The translations under genes were made by a program, and so were the position numbers. DNA of 64,000 bases. It comes from a virus (lineage: Duplodnaviria; Caudoviricetes). Shown here piece by piece: positions 43,428 through 52,668 of the stretch. Every line of letters begins with the position of its first letter. Position 1 is the first letter of the stretch. The notes below the pieces were generated by a model that ran no database searches, was not told where the DNA came from, and saw only the letters and a list, made by a program, of their open reading frames with translations. Where the stretch lies: positions 22,000-85,999 of IMG/VR virus record IMGVR_UViG_3300014695_000002; one strand, written 5' to 3'.

Positions 43428-43867
43428 TTACACTCTCAGTTGACACTAAGAATTGGGATAAGCTCAAGAAAGACTTGCGGCAGCTTGACAATATTAAGAT
43501 GAAGTTAGGCTGGTTTGATACTCACTACGGACCAGAAAACGATAACCTTCCTCATGCTTATATCGCTGCACTTCAAGAAGAGGTTATTGGACCCCGACCT
43601 TTCATACGAGTAGGTCTTAAATCCGCTCTTAAGCAAGACCCTAAAGCGTTCGCCACTATTATTGAATCAGTTGCTAATGGTAAGTCAGCTTTAAGTGCAG
43701 CTAAAAGTGTAGCTCCTGTTTTCGTACCCATGCTTCAAAAAGTGATGAATGATTGGATGACGCCTCCGAACTCAAGGGTTACAGTATTGGAAAAAGGATT
43801 CAACAACCCATTGATTGATACTGGTGAGCTAAGAGATAGCATCCAAGTTAAAGTAGAGGGAAGATAA
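43424..43867 (+). CDS. neck/tail-completion protein
   Basis: PRPFIR, PPNS..T...KG.NNPLIDTGEL; ATG 43424. Confidence 0.8.
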   Translation: MITLSVDTKNWDKLKKDLRQLDNIKMKLGWFDTHYGPENDNLPHAYIAALQEEVIGPRPFIRVGLKSALKQDPKAFATIIESVANGKSALSAAKSVAPVFVPMLQKVMNDWMTPPNSRVTVLEKGFNNPLIDTGELRDSIQVKVEGR

Positions 43868-44241
43868 TGAGTATTCCAGGCTTCACTCTTACTAAGACTA
43901 TCCCTGTTCAGGTTTTCCGAGAAGGTAAGCCTACTGTTGTTAAAGGTCGGCCTGTACCCGGCCCAGAAATTGAGTTTACTATTCAAGCTAACGTTCAGCC
44001 ATTTAACTTCAAAGATTTACAAATCCTCCCAGAAGCAGACCGGAGCAAAGAGTGGATTAAGCTTTACATGGCTACTCCTGACTTGATTCGTACTGCTCGT
44101 GAAGGCTCTGATGGCTATCAAGCTGATGAAGTGGTGTATGCCGGTGAACGCTATAAAGTAATGCGCATCCGTAGCTACCGAATGGGTACTCTAGATCATA
44201 CGCACGCCATCGCATCTCGTGAACTTATTTCGGCTAAATAG
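43867..44241 (+). CDS. head closure protein
   Basis: Position; ANVQP...LP...R motif. Confidence 0.75.
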   Translation: MSIPGFTLTKTIPVQVFREGKPTVVKGRPVPGPEIEFTIQANVQPFNFKDLQILPEADRSKEWIKLYMATPDLIRTAREGSDGYQADEVVYAGERYKVMRIRSYRMGTLDHTHAIASRELISAK

Positions 44242-44249
44242 AGGTTTCC

Positions 44250-44792
44250 ATGGGAGCTTATACAGAATTACAAGATGCTGTTTACGACAGTATTGCTCCT
44301 ATGTTTCCAGCATTAGATAGTTCTGGTGCAATCCTTTGGGGAAACATGGATAACCTTGAACCTGAATCTTCATATCTTTCAATGTTTATTATCGAGGTTG
44401 AAGAACAAGGCAGAGAAGCAAATACTTGGGGATATGATGCGTCAGGAGATGTAATCGTATACTCAACACTAAACACCTATCAAGCAACTGTTCAGTTTAG
44501 CTTCAGGGGTAGTCAATCAGGTGACTTAGCTCACTTGTTTAAGCAAAGATTAAATTCCCCTATTTTCTGGGAATTTTTAAATCAAAACAATCTTTCCAAA
44601 ATGCGTACTTCTCAGATTAGGTATTTACCTCAGAAGAGGGATACGCAGTGGGTGGATGGTTTTAACATTGACGTTGTGTTTGCCTACGCTTACGTCACGC
44701 AAGAAAATATTGATCCCATCGAACAAGTCATTGTTGTAGATGAGACATATGAAAATAAAAGAACTTACTACATCCCAGAAAACATAGGATAA
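44250..44792 (+). CDS. tail terminator/neck protein
   Basis: Position before the sheath gene; 180 aa. Confidence 0.7.
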   Translation: MGAYTELQDAVYDSIAPMFPALDSSGAILWGNMDNLEPESSYLSMFIIEVEEQGREANTWGYDASGDVIVYSTLNTYQATVQFSFRGSQSGDLAHLFKQRLNSPIFWEFLNQNNLSKMRTSQIRYLPQKRDTQWVDGFNIDVVFAYAYVTQENIDPIEQVIVVDETYENKRTYYIPENIG

Positions 44793-44796
44793 CACA

Positions 44797-45816
44797 ATGG
44801 CTCAGATCGATGAAATTGTCAGTGTAAATATCACTGCACAAACTCAAGTGATTACCACCGCAGAATTTTCAATTCCTCTTATCGTAGCAGAATTTTCTAA
44901 CTTTACTGATAGCCGTGCTCGCGTGTATGGTAGCCAAGATGCTCTTCTGGCTGACTTTGCTGCAAGCTCCGTTGTTGGTACTATCGGTACTAAAATCTTT
45001 GGTCAAGACAACGCACCTACCACTGTGGTTGTTGGTCGTAAGCTAACAAACGAAGATTATCCGACTGCTCTTAGTAATATCTCTGCTGAGAACGATAGCT
45101 GGTTTGCTGTTGTAGCTGCTAGCCACCAGTATGCAGACGTTAGTGGTATTGCAAACTATATTGCTGGCACTAAGAAAGTATATTTTACTTCAACTCAAGA
45201 CCCAGCAACCATTACCACTTCTACCACCAGCGTTGGTGCTCGACTAAAAGCTCTTGGTTACGATCAAACTTCAGTTATTTACCACAGCCAAGCTGATACC
45301 TATTTCCCTGAAGCTGCTTGGGTTGGTAGCCAGATTACTTACGTACCGGGCGCTAATGATTGGGAAAATAAAACTCTCGAAGGTGTTCCTGCTGATCGTC
45401 TGAACGATACTGCTCGTGCTAATCTGGTTACGAACAGTATCGCTTATTATACAACTGTTGCTGGCAGGAATATCACTCGAAACGCGGATATGCTAGACAA
45501 CACGCCAATTGATCAGAAGATTGGTGAATTCTGGACTATCGCTCGGATGCAAGAATCAGTATTTGGTATGCTGGTTCGTCAACCAAAGGTTCCTTACACG
45601 GATGCTGGTTTTACTAAGGTTGAAGCCCAGATGCGTTCTGTTCTAGCTCTTGGCGTTCAGAATGAACTGTATTCCTCTTACACGATTCAGGTTCCCCGCG
45701 TATCTGACATTCCTGAGAACCAACGTGCTCAGCGTATTGCTGGTGACTTCAAGTTTACTGCTGTGCTTGCAGGTAGTATCCGTAAGGTCACTATCGTTGG
45801 CACTGTGACTATCTGA
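44797..45816 (+). CDS. tail sheath protein (DUF3383-like)
   Basis: IVSVNI, PEAAWVG, K.L.GV, KVPYTD.G, LAGSI..V.I.GTV motifs. Confidence 0.9.
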   Translation: MAQIDEIVSVNITAQTQVITTAEFSIPLIVAEFSNFTDSRARVYGSQDALLADFAASSVVGTIGTKIFGQDNAPTTVVVGRKLTNEDYPTALSNISAENDSWFAVVAASHQYADVSGIANYIAGTKKVYFTSTQDPATITTSTTSVGARLKALGYDQTSVIYHSQADTYFPEAAWVGSQITYVPGANDWENKTLEGVPADRLNDTARANLVTNSIAYYTTVAGRNITRNADMLDNTPIDQKIGEFWTIARMQESVFGMLVRQPKVPYTDAGFTKVEAQMRSVLALGVQNELYSSYTIQVPRVSDIPENQRAQRIAGDFKFTAVLAGSIRKVTIVGTVTI

Positions 45817-45829
45817 TAGGAGAAATTAA

Positions 45830-46360
45830 ATGTCAGATTATGCACTAGCTACTTATAACCCCGTTGACGTTGTTATCATTCTTGAACGTAACGGTTTTTC
45901 ACATGTCATTACTGGCGTAAGCGAAGATCAAATTGTAAGCATTGAACGTACTGATGCTTGGAATGAATCTGTAGGTGCTTATGGTAACACCACCCGTATC
46001 TACAACCCTGTTTGGGATAAAGCAGATATCACCATTCCTCTTCAGCAAACCTCTGAAAGTAATGATGTATTGAACGCTCTGTTCCACAATGATATTCGCA
46101 ACATCAGCAGCGAAAATCTGTTCTCTATCACTATCAAAGATAACAGTGGTCGTAGCCTTCATTATGGTTTTGAAGCTTATGTTGCTCGCAAGCCTTCCGC
46201 AACCTATGGTAATGGCATGAACAACCGTGAGTGGATGGTTCGAGTTAACAAACTTGAAGACACCCTTGGCGGTAACAGCAAAATGTCTCAGTCTACCGCC
46301 GATGAAGTTGTTGGTTTTGGTGGTGATCCTATCGCTGCTCGCTGGATTCGTAACGCTTAA
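45830..46360 (+). CDS. tail tube protein (DUF3277-like)
   Basis: TYNP.DV, ITIPLQQTSESN, IKDNSG motifs. Confidence 0.85.
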   Translation: MSDYALATYNPVDVVIILERNGFSHVITGVSEDQIVSIERTDAWNESVGAYGNTTRIYNPVWDKADITIPLQQTSESNDVLNALFHNDIRNISSENLFSITIKDNSGRSLHYGFEAYVARKPSATYGNGMNNREWMVRVNKLEDTLGGNSKMSQSTADEVVGFGGDPIAARWIRNA

Positions 46361-46418
46361 ATAAGAAACAAGGGGCTGTAGGGGAGGCTTTTCTCCCCTC
46401 TCTCCATAAGGAGATAAT

Positions 46419-46919
46419 ATGGCCTACGCAATGTACGATCCATCATCAGTGTATGTCTTTCTTGCAGGAGTTATGCAAGTAGAAGATGTGACAGATGGAA
46501 CATTCATTGAGATTACAAAAGACTCTGATATTTTTAACACCACTGTTAGTAGTGATGGTCAAGTCTATAGGATGAAAGTCCCTGGTAACACTTATACAGT
46601 AACCCTATCTCTTCAATCAGTTAGCACCTCTAGTCAAATCTTGCAGTATTTAAGCATTGCAGATCAGACTACAGGTGTTGCAATGTTTCCCTTGATTATC
46701 AAAGATACAAAAGGCTCAAGTCTATTCTTTGCTACATCTTGTTGGGTGCAGAGTCAACCAAGCCTTTCATTCTCAGAAGAAGTAGAAGCTCGGGTTTGGA
46801 CTATTAAAGCAACTGGTGTGACTATTGTATTTGGTAATAATTATGGATCATCCTCTTTGACTGAAGATGTTATCAACGGTCTTATTGGATCAATTCCCAA
46901 TCTCTCAGGAATACTATAA
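46419..46919 (+). CDS. tube-like protein (paralogue)
   Basis: YDPSSV, VTLSLQSVS.S, IKDTKG. Confidence 0.8.
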   Translation: MAYAMYDPSSVYVFLAGVMQVEDVTDGTFIEITKDSDIFNTTVSSDGQVYRMKVPGNTYTVTLSLQSVSTSSQILQYLSIADQTTGVAMFPLIIKDTKGSSLFFATSCWVQSQPSLSFSEEVEARVWTIKATGVTIVFGNNYGSSSLTEDVINGLIGSIPNLSGIL

Positions 46920-47395
46920 TGTCTGAAATCTCTACTTATAGTCCTGAGTCTGTTTTGCTAATCCTTGGTGGTGCGGCATTAACAGGTTGGAATAGCATCT
47001 CTATCAGTCGTGATGCTGATCAGTTCAATGTTATCAAGGGTATTCGTGGTAAACACACACGTTCAAGGAATTACGATAACAGTGCAACGATTGTCCTAGA
47101 ATTACCCTTTTCATCTGATTGGAATTATATCCTCTCTCAGATCGTAACTCAAGATAGTCAATCTGCTACAGGCCGCTGTGAGATTCTTTTGAAAGACAAC
47201 AGTGGTAATAGCATCTTTAAAACCACGCAAGCTTATGTTCGTAAGTTTGCTGATGTAACCTTTGATGCAACTATCAGCAGCCGTATCTGGAGTATTCAAT
47301 GTCTTGATGTCGATGTTTACACTGTAGGTGGTTCTACTTCACCAGCAGCATCTTTAGTAAGTAATGTTTACAACCGTGTAAGCAGTTTATTTTAA
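46919..47395 (+). CDS. tube-like protein (paralogue)
   Basis: TYSPESV, KDNSG, RIWSIQC. Confidence 0.8.
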   Translation: MSEISTYSPESVLLILGGAALTGWNSISISRDADQFNVIKGIRGKHTRSRNYDNSATIVLELPFSSDWNYILSQIVTQDSQSATGRCEILLKDNSGNSIFKTTQAYVRKFADVTFDATISSRIWSIQCLDVDVYTVGGSTSPAASLVSNVYNRVSSLF

Positions 47396-47418
47396 CCATA
47401 CGAATTTAGGAGATTCAA

Positions 47419-47763
47419 ATGGCTCTAATGACTAAACAAGTAACCGTTGGTGGTTACAAGAATAATGAAGGTGAAGTTCAAGACTTCCTCTATACTTTCA
47501 AGAAGTTTCCTGCTACCAAAGGTCTTGATGTCTATATTCGCTTTGGTAAGATCATGGCGGGTGATCTTGAGATGTCAGCAGATTTCGTTAAAGAAGTTAT
47601 CTGCAACAGTGCATCAATTGGCTCTACTGGCAAGATGACTCCTGAGAAGTTTGATGATCATTTCTCTGGTCAACTAACCCATATGATGAATGTCTATAAC
47701 GAAGTGTTGGCATTTAACTTTGATGTAAATTTTACGGAAGACGATTCCGAAGAGACGAACTAA
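47419..47763 (+). CDS. tail assembly chaperone (G)
   Basis: Position before the tape measure gene; acidic end. Confidence 0.8.
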   Translation: MALMTKQVTVGGYKNNEGEVQDFLYTFKKFPATKGLDVYIRFGKIMAGDLEMSADFVKEVICNSASIGSTGKMTPEKFDDHFSGQLTHMMNVYNEVLAFNFDVNFTEDDSEETN

Positions 47764-48014
47764 AACGTCAGGAATCGTCACCCCTTGATGTAAAAATAGC
47801 CGAAGAGTTTTCTCAGGATTGGCTGATATTTAAAGTTATAACGCACAAGCTAAAGCTCTGCACATTACATGAACTTCAAACGATCTATTCTCTTGATCAA
47901 CTATACGATTTTGAAGAAATGATAGAAGCTCACGAAGCAATGCACGAGTCAGCTAGAACAAAAGCAGAAGCCAAAGCTCGTGCTGAGGTGGAGCAAAACA
48001 AAGGGCGTAAATAA
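47724..48014 (+). CDS. tail assembly chaperone extension (GT) via -1 frameshift
   Basis: A AAT TTT heptamer at 47727-33; -1 frame opens at 47724 with no start codon and runs to TAA 48014 (TLHELQTIYSLDQLYDFEE). Confidence 0.8.
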   Translation, partial: CKFYGRRFRRDELKRQESSPLDVKIAEEFSQDWLIFKVITHKLKLCTLHELQTIYSLDQLYDFEEMIEAHEAMHESARTKAEAKARAEVEQNKGRK

Positions 48015-50092
48015 TGGCCGGACAAAGCATTGCTCAGTTCTGGGCAGACCTTGGAATCAGGGTACAGCCTAACGAGATTAGGAAGGTTGACAAGCTTCTT
48101 GCTCAAATGGAAGCAAAATTTAAAGCTTTTTCAAAATCTCAAAGTGCGTTAAAGCTTGATCTTGGTGATTTTTTAAAATTTGATCATCTAAAGCTTCGTA
48201 CTTCATTACAAAGAACGTTTGATCAACTAAGTAAGACCACTTATTTTGAACTTCGTAATTTTAGAGTAGATCAGGCCCACCTTACAAGTCAACTACGTAC
48301 AGCGATGGAACGAGCTTCTGCTACGACTCGTTTTCGTCCCCGTGTTGATGAAAGAGGTATTAGGGAAAGTGGACGTGGTGAAGGTGCTAGACACGCTCGT
48401 ATGGGGCTCTCAGCGGGCTTTGGTGCAGCAGGTGGACTAACCCTAGGCCGTGTCTACGGAACAGCAGCAGGGCTTGCTCTAGGCGGTTATGGCTTATCTG
48501 CGCTTAACCAACGAAATCAACAGGTTCAGTCTGCTGAGATGACTACGCAAGCAGTAGTTGAACAAGCCGGCGGTACTGCCAAGGAAGGTACTCAAGCTTT
48601 TAATTGGTATCGCCAACTAGCTAACCGTGTTGGTTTCAATTACCTAGAATCTGCTGATCAGTATAACAACGTACTATCAGGCATCACAGGAGCAGGCGGT
48701 ACAGTTGAACGTGGTCAAAACATCTTCAAAGGGTTTGCTGAGTATGGCCGTGTAAACCATATCGACTCAGAGCGCCAAAAACGAGTCTTCCGAGCTATCT
48801 CACAGATTGCTGGTAAAGACCAACTTATGTCAGAGGAACTTACTGGTCAGCTAGCAGAATCTTTGCCTGGAGCTGTATCGCTATTCTCCGCCGCATATCA
48901 AAGACAAACCGGTCAAAGTCTTGGTGTTGATGAAAAGCTAACTGGTAGTGATGCTATTAAAGCTCTTCAAGCTGCCATGAAGAAGCGAAATGTTCGTGGT
49001 GACATTCTTGATGTAGCTGCTCAGATCGCGTCTGAACGGGCAGCCCCAAGTCTTGCAATGTCAGCACGTACTTCTCAGTCTGAACAAGCTCGCTTTGAAA
49101 ATACTGCCAATGATTTAGTTCGCTTAGCTAACCAATCTGGTGTTGAGGAAGGTTATGCTCGGCTATTCAGAACTCTCAATGATGGTTTACAAGAGTCAGG
49201 CCCTCTAGTTAAAGCTCTATCAGAAGGGTTTAATAACCTCACTGAACGTGTTCGTGTTCTCATGCTTATTCCTCAATCATTCCAACGTCTTCTACAAGGC
49301 CGTGACAGTTTCATCACTGACATGATTGGTTTGGACAAAGCTGAAGAGGTTCGTAAGCTATTTGGTGATATGGAGACTTTTGGTAAAAACTTTTCAGAGC
49401 TTACTGGAACAATTGCTGAAGGGTGGAAACTTATCTTCCAACAGATGCAGCAAATTGACGGCTTGAGCATCACTAAGGTAATGGCTAAGCAGTTAGGTAT
49501 TGCTACTGATGTTGTTAAAGGCATCAATAGCGCTGCTAAAGGAGATTATGGCACTGCTGGTGATATGGCATCAAAAGCAGGAAAAGGTTATATACAAACA
49601 CTAACAACGATTCCTCGCGGCATTCTGGATTTTGGTGCAGATAAGCTTGGATTTGGTGATAATGCTGTTAGTAAATTGCTAGGCTTGAATCCAGACCCTA
49701 AAGCTCCAGGCGGAAGTGCACTAAACAGTGCAGAGTTGCCCGGTATTACGCCTATTAGTGGTTATGCTGTTGGTGTACCTAACTATCAGAATCCTTTCCA
49801 AAACATCCCATCCATACCTTACGATCAAGTAGATGCACAAGGTCGTGTTAATGGAGCCATCCAAAGATATACTGATCCAACCTTAATGCAAAATCAAATG
49901 CAAAAGGATGTGGCAGCTAATACTACTAATAACAATGATAACCGTGTCAACGTAACTGTTGGTGATATAACTGTACAAAGTCAAGCAACGGATGCAGCAG
50001 GTATTGGTTCTGATATTGGTCAGCAGCTTCGTGATGTATTAAATAACACTTTTAGTGACACACGCATCAACTACCCTTCTATTGGACGTTAA
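48014..50092 (+). CDS. tape measure protein
   Basis: 692 aa, Ala/Gly-rich helical; EELTGQLAESLPGA tape-measure motif. Confidence 0.9.
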   Translation: MAGQSIAQFWADLGIRVQPNEIRKVDKLLAQMEAKFKAFSKSQSALKLDLGDFLKFDHLKLRTSLQRTFDQLSKTTYFELRNFRVDQAHLTSQLRTAMERASATTRFRPRVDERGIRESGRGEGARHARMGLSAGFGAAGGLTLGRVYGTAAGLALGGYGLSALNQRNQQVQSAEMTTQAVVEQAGGTAKEGTQAFNWYRQLANRVGFNYLESADQYNNVLSGITGAGGTVERGQNIFKGFAEYGRVNHIDSERQKRVFRAISQIAGKDQLMSEELTGQLAESLPGAVSLFSAAYQRQTGQSLGVDEKLTGSDAIKALQAAMKKRNVRGDILDVAAQIASERAAPSLAMSARTSQSEQARFENTANDLVRLANQSGVEEGYARLFRTLNDGLQESGPLVKALSEGFNNLTERVRVLMLIPQSFQRLLQGRDSFITDMIGLDKAEEVRKLFGDMETFGKNFSELTGTIAEGWKLIFQQMQQIDGLSITKVMAKQLGIATDVVKGINSAAKGDYGTAGDMASKAGKGYIQTLTTIPRGILDFGADKLGFGDNAVSKLLGLNPDPKAPGGSALNSAELPGITPISGYAVGVPNYQNPFQNIPSIPYDQVDAQGRVNGAIQRYTDPTLMQNQMQKDVAANTTNNNDNRVNVTVGDITVQSQATDAAGIGSDIGQQLRDVLNNTFSDTRINYPSIGR

Positions 50093-50129
50093 CTAAACGT
50101 GGGGAAGTATTCTCCATAAGGAGTCTTTC

Positions 50130-50939
50130 TTGAGTTTAGGTTTGAAATACACAAGTGAAAACAAAGAAGACGGTGAGAGTTTTTTCATCGTCTTTGATGC
50201 TATCCAAAGCTACACCAAAACAATTAAAGGCTCAGTAACCCGTCATCCTGTTGCTGGTGGTAAACTAATCACTTCAAACTACACAAGGGATAACCCAACC
50301 TTTGGTTTTACTGGGGTGATTAGTGTAGCCGATATCTCAAATTTTATGGAGGTTGTTAGGGACGAAGAAAACGCAATTGCCAACAATGCTAATCTTCAGC
50401 CAGGAGAGGTTATTGTATTAGATAACACCTCCACACTAACAAATCTAATACCTTCATCTATTAGTCAATTCCTACCTAATTCAAACGCTAGTGTTTCTCT
50501 TGCTACAGACCTTATCAGAACAAACTATAAAGACTTTGTAACTGAAGTTCTTGAACGTCTAATGTCTGGTGAGAAATATGATGAGTCTAAGCAGAGGATT
50601 AAAACATTCATTCGCCCAATCAAGCTTTATGAATTTATAGATAAAAGCTTAGACAAGGTGATTGACAACGTTGTTCTAACATCCTTCTCTGTAAAAGAAG
50701 ATGTTGATACCGGCGATTGCCTTATCTGTGAGCTTGAGTTTGAACAAGTTAAGTTTGTAAGCTTAAAAACTTCTGCACTACCTGCTGACGTTGTAGGCAC
50801 CCTTAAAAAGAAGTCCACAGCTAAGCAGAATAAGGGCTCTGTAAACTCTAAGACTACCTCTGTACTTGATGCAGAGGCTGAGAATAAAGACGATACAGAC
50901 AAGCTCAGAAAGGCCGTACAGACAGGCGGGGCTAACTAA
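50130..50939 (+). CDS. baseplate tube-initiator/Dit-like protein
   Basis: VTRHPV..G...T, L.FEQV.FV; TTG start. Confidence 0.75.
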   Translation: MSLGLKYTSENKEDGESFFIVFDAIQSYTKTIKGSVTRHPVAGGKLITSNYTRDNPTFGFTGVISVADISNFMEVVRDEENAIANNANLQPGEVIVLDNTSTLTNLIPSSISQFLPNSNASVSLATDLIRTNYKDFVTEVLERLMSGEKYDESKQRIKTFIRPIKLYEFIDKSLDKVIDNVVLTSFSVKEDVDTGDCLICELEFEQVKFVSLKTSALPADVVGTLKKKSTAKQNKGSVNSKTTSVLDAEAENKDDTDKLRKAVQTGGAN

Positions 50940-51280
50940 TGGCAAGTTATGATTACGTAGCACTGCCCTTATATGCAGACAGTTTCTATGCCTACAGCGT
51001 AAGTCTTGAGGGAATCACCTATTCAATTGAAATTCTCTACAACGAAAGAAATAAACTCTGGCATATGTCATTGTTTACAGAGGATGGGGGACCAATTGTC
51101 CAAGGCGTCGCTATGGTTCCCCAGTATCCAATATTGCAGAATTACAAGATTGAGAATTTATCAGGGTTTTTCTGGCTTACACCAGTACCGTCATTGACTT
51201 CAGAAAAGTATATTACTGAGCCTGAATCTTTGAATCAATATTACACCTTCAAGTACATTACTAACTTTGTTGATGATTAA
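50939..51280 (+). CDS. baseplate protein
   Basis: YN.R...W.MSL...G..IV.GV motif. Confidence 0.75.
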   Translation: MASYDYVALPLYADSFYAYSVSLEGITYSIEILYNERNKLWHMSLFTEDGGPIVQGVAMVPQYPILQNYKIENLSGFFWLTPVPSLTSEKYITEPESLNQYYTFKYITNFVDD

Positions 51281-51294
51281 GGATAACGCCCATT

Positions 51295-52191
51295 ATGAAG
51301 TATAAAGACTATTACATTAATAATGGGTATCAGCTTGTTATTGGAGATTACAAGAATGATCCAAACAATGGAGTCTTGATTGATAATCTCCAAATCACTT
51401 TTGAAGTAAGTAAGTCTATCAGTAATAAAGACAAGACAAACTCAGCTACTATTGAGATTTATAACCTTGATGAGCAGACTATAGCACTGCTTGACAAAGA
51501 GTTTATTGTTGCTGACTTCTATGCTGGATTTGAGAATCTTGAGATTAAGAGGTTATTTGCTGGAGAGGTTGTGCAGGCCACTACACGAAAGCAAGGAACG
51601 GATGTTGTAACTCAAATCCGTATGGGGGCGGGTTACTCTCAGGTTAATCATGGTGTTTTAAACCAATTAGTTAGCCCTGGTCGTACTGTTAAGGAAGTGT
51701 ATGAGGAGCTTCGTAAGAATATCTCTGGTATTAACAGGGGTGTTTATAATGGAGCTAATCTAAACAATCCTGTCATTGATGGATACCCCATATACGGTAA
51801 TGCTAAATCTGAACTTAACAAGCTTAGCCAAGCTACTCAGACACAATGGCAGATTGATGGCGATGCTTTGTATGTCTCTGATGCTGGTGTAGGTTGGATG
51901 AGTGATAAATCAAGAGCTATCGTTATCTCTCCTGAATCTGGATTGATTGATATTGCATACAAGGTAGCTGCTGAGGGTTATAAAAAGAAACAAGACCCAG
52001 CTAAGACTGAAGGTATTCAGTTTAAGGCACTATTAAATCCTAATGTCATCCCTGGCTGTATCATCAAATTAGAACAAGATGATCAAACTCTTGATGGCTT
52101 CTATACTGTCACCTCTACAAGATTTACTGGAGACTTCAGGGGTAATCCTTGGTATGTTGAGTGTCGTTGTGGTAAGAAGATTAGTAGTTAA
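51295..52191 (+). CDS. baseplate hub (gp27/gpD-like)
   Basis: ITFEVSKS...NSATIEIYNL, WQIDGD, LLNP...PG...L...DGFY.V. Confidence 0.85.
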   Translation: MKYKDYYINNGYQLVIGDYKNDPNNGVLIDNLQITFEVSKSISNKDKTNSATIEIYNLDEQTIALLDKEFIVADFYAGFENLEIKRLFAGEVVQATTRKQGTDVVTQIRMGAGYSQVNHGVLNQLVSPGRTVKEVYEELRKNISGINRGVYNGANLNNPVIDGYPIYGNAKSELNKLSQATQTQWQIDGDALYVSDAGVGWMSDKSRAIVISPESGLIDIAYKVAAEGYKKKQDPAKTEGIQFKALLNPNVIPGCIIKLEQDDQTLDGFYTVTSTRFTGDFRGNPWYVECRCGKKISS

Positions 52192-52199
52192 TTAGATAT

Positions 52200-52614
52200 A
52201 AGATTTATACTTGCTACTGATTTTGAAGAATTTTGGGTAAAGAAACCCATACCGTTCATAAGCTAGCTTTCTAGCTCCTAGAACGATACTTGGCTTGATT
52301 ACCCCATTCTCCAACATACAGCCGTTAAGCCAAAGGCCCTTGCTACTTGATATGTTAGATATTGCCCGAAGGCTGCGTTTAGAGACGGCTCGCAATAACG
52401 CCTGGGTGCTATAGACTAATACACAGCTATAACTTTGACTGCCTTCCCCGGTGTTTCGGGTCATACCCTGTTCAGTCGTCACTCAGTTGGTCTTTGGTTT
52501 GCGTGGTAGACCTTTAAATCATATCGCCCCCGTCTACCTCCCTATAACAAGAGGCTTACCGTCCAATATGATCGATTTGAAAGAATGTCGTTACCGTTAG
52601 ACTTTCAAAATGTA
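52200..52614 (-). ncRNA. candidate large structured ncRNA, copy B, antisense to the tail operon
   Basis: Promoter at 52621-52649; many hairpins; shares GCCTCTTGTTATAGGGAGG and collinear motifs with copy A. Confidence 0.65.
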
Positions 52615-52620
52615 TTAACC

Positions 52621-52649
52621 ATTGTACAGGCGATAGTGTCTCCTGTCAA
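52621..52649 (-). promoter_or_regulatory. sigma70-type antisense promoter
   Basis: TTGACA-17-TACAAT on the - strand. Confidence 0.85.
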
Positions 52650-52668
52650 CACCTTTAGGAGAAATTAG

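Noticed and set aside
52192-52482. 96-aa - strand ORF
   Set aside because: No RBS, atypical composition, and it overlaps the conserved RNA motifs; probably a chance ORF
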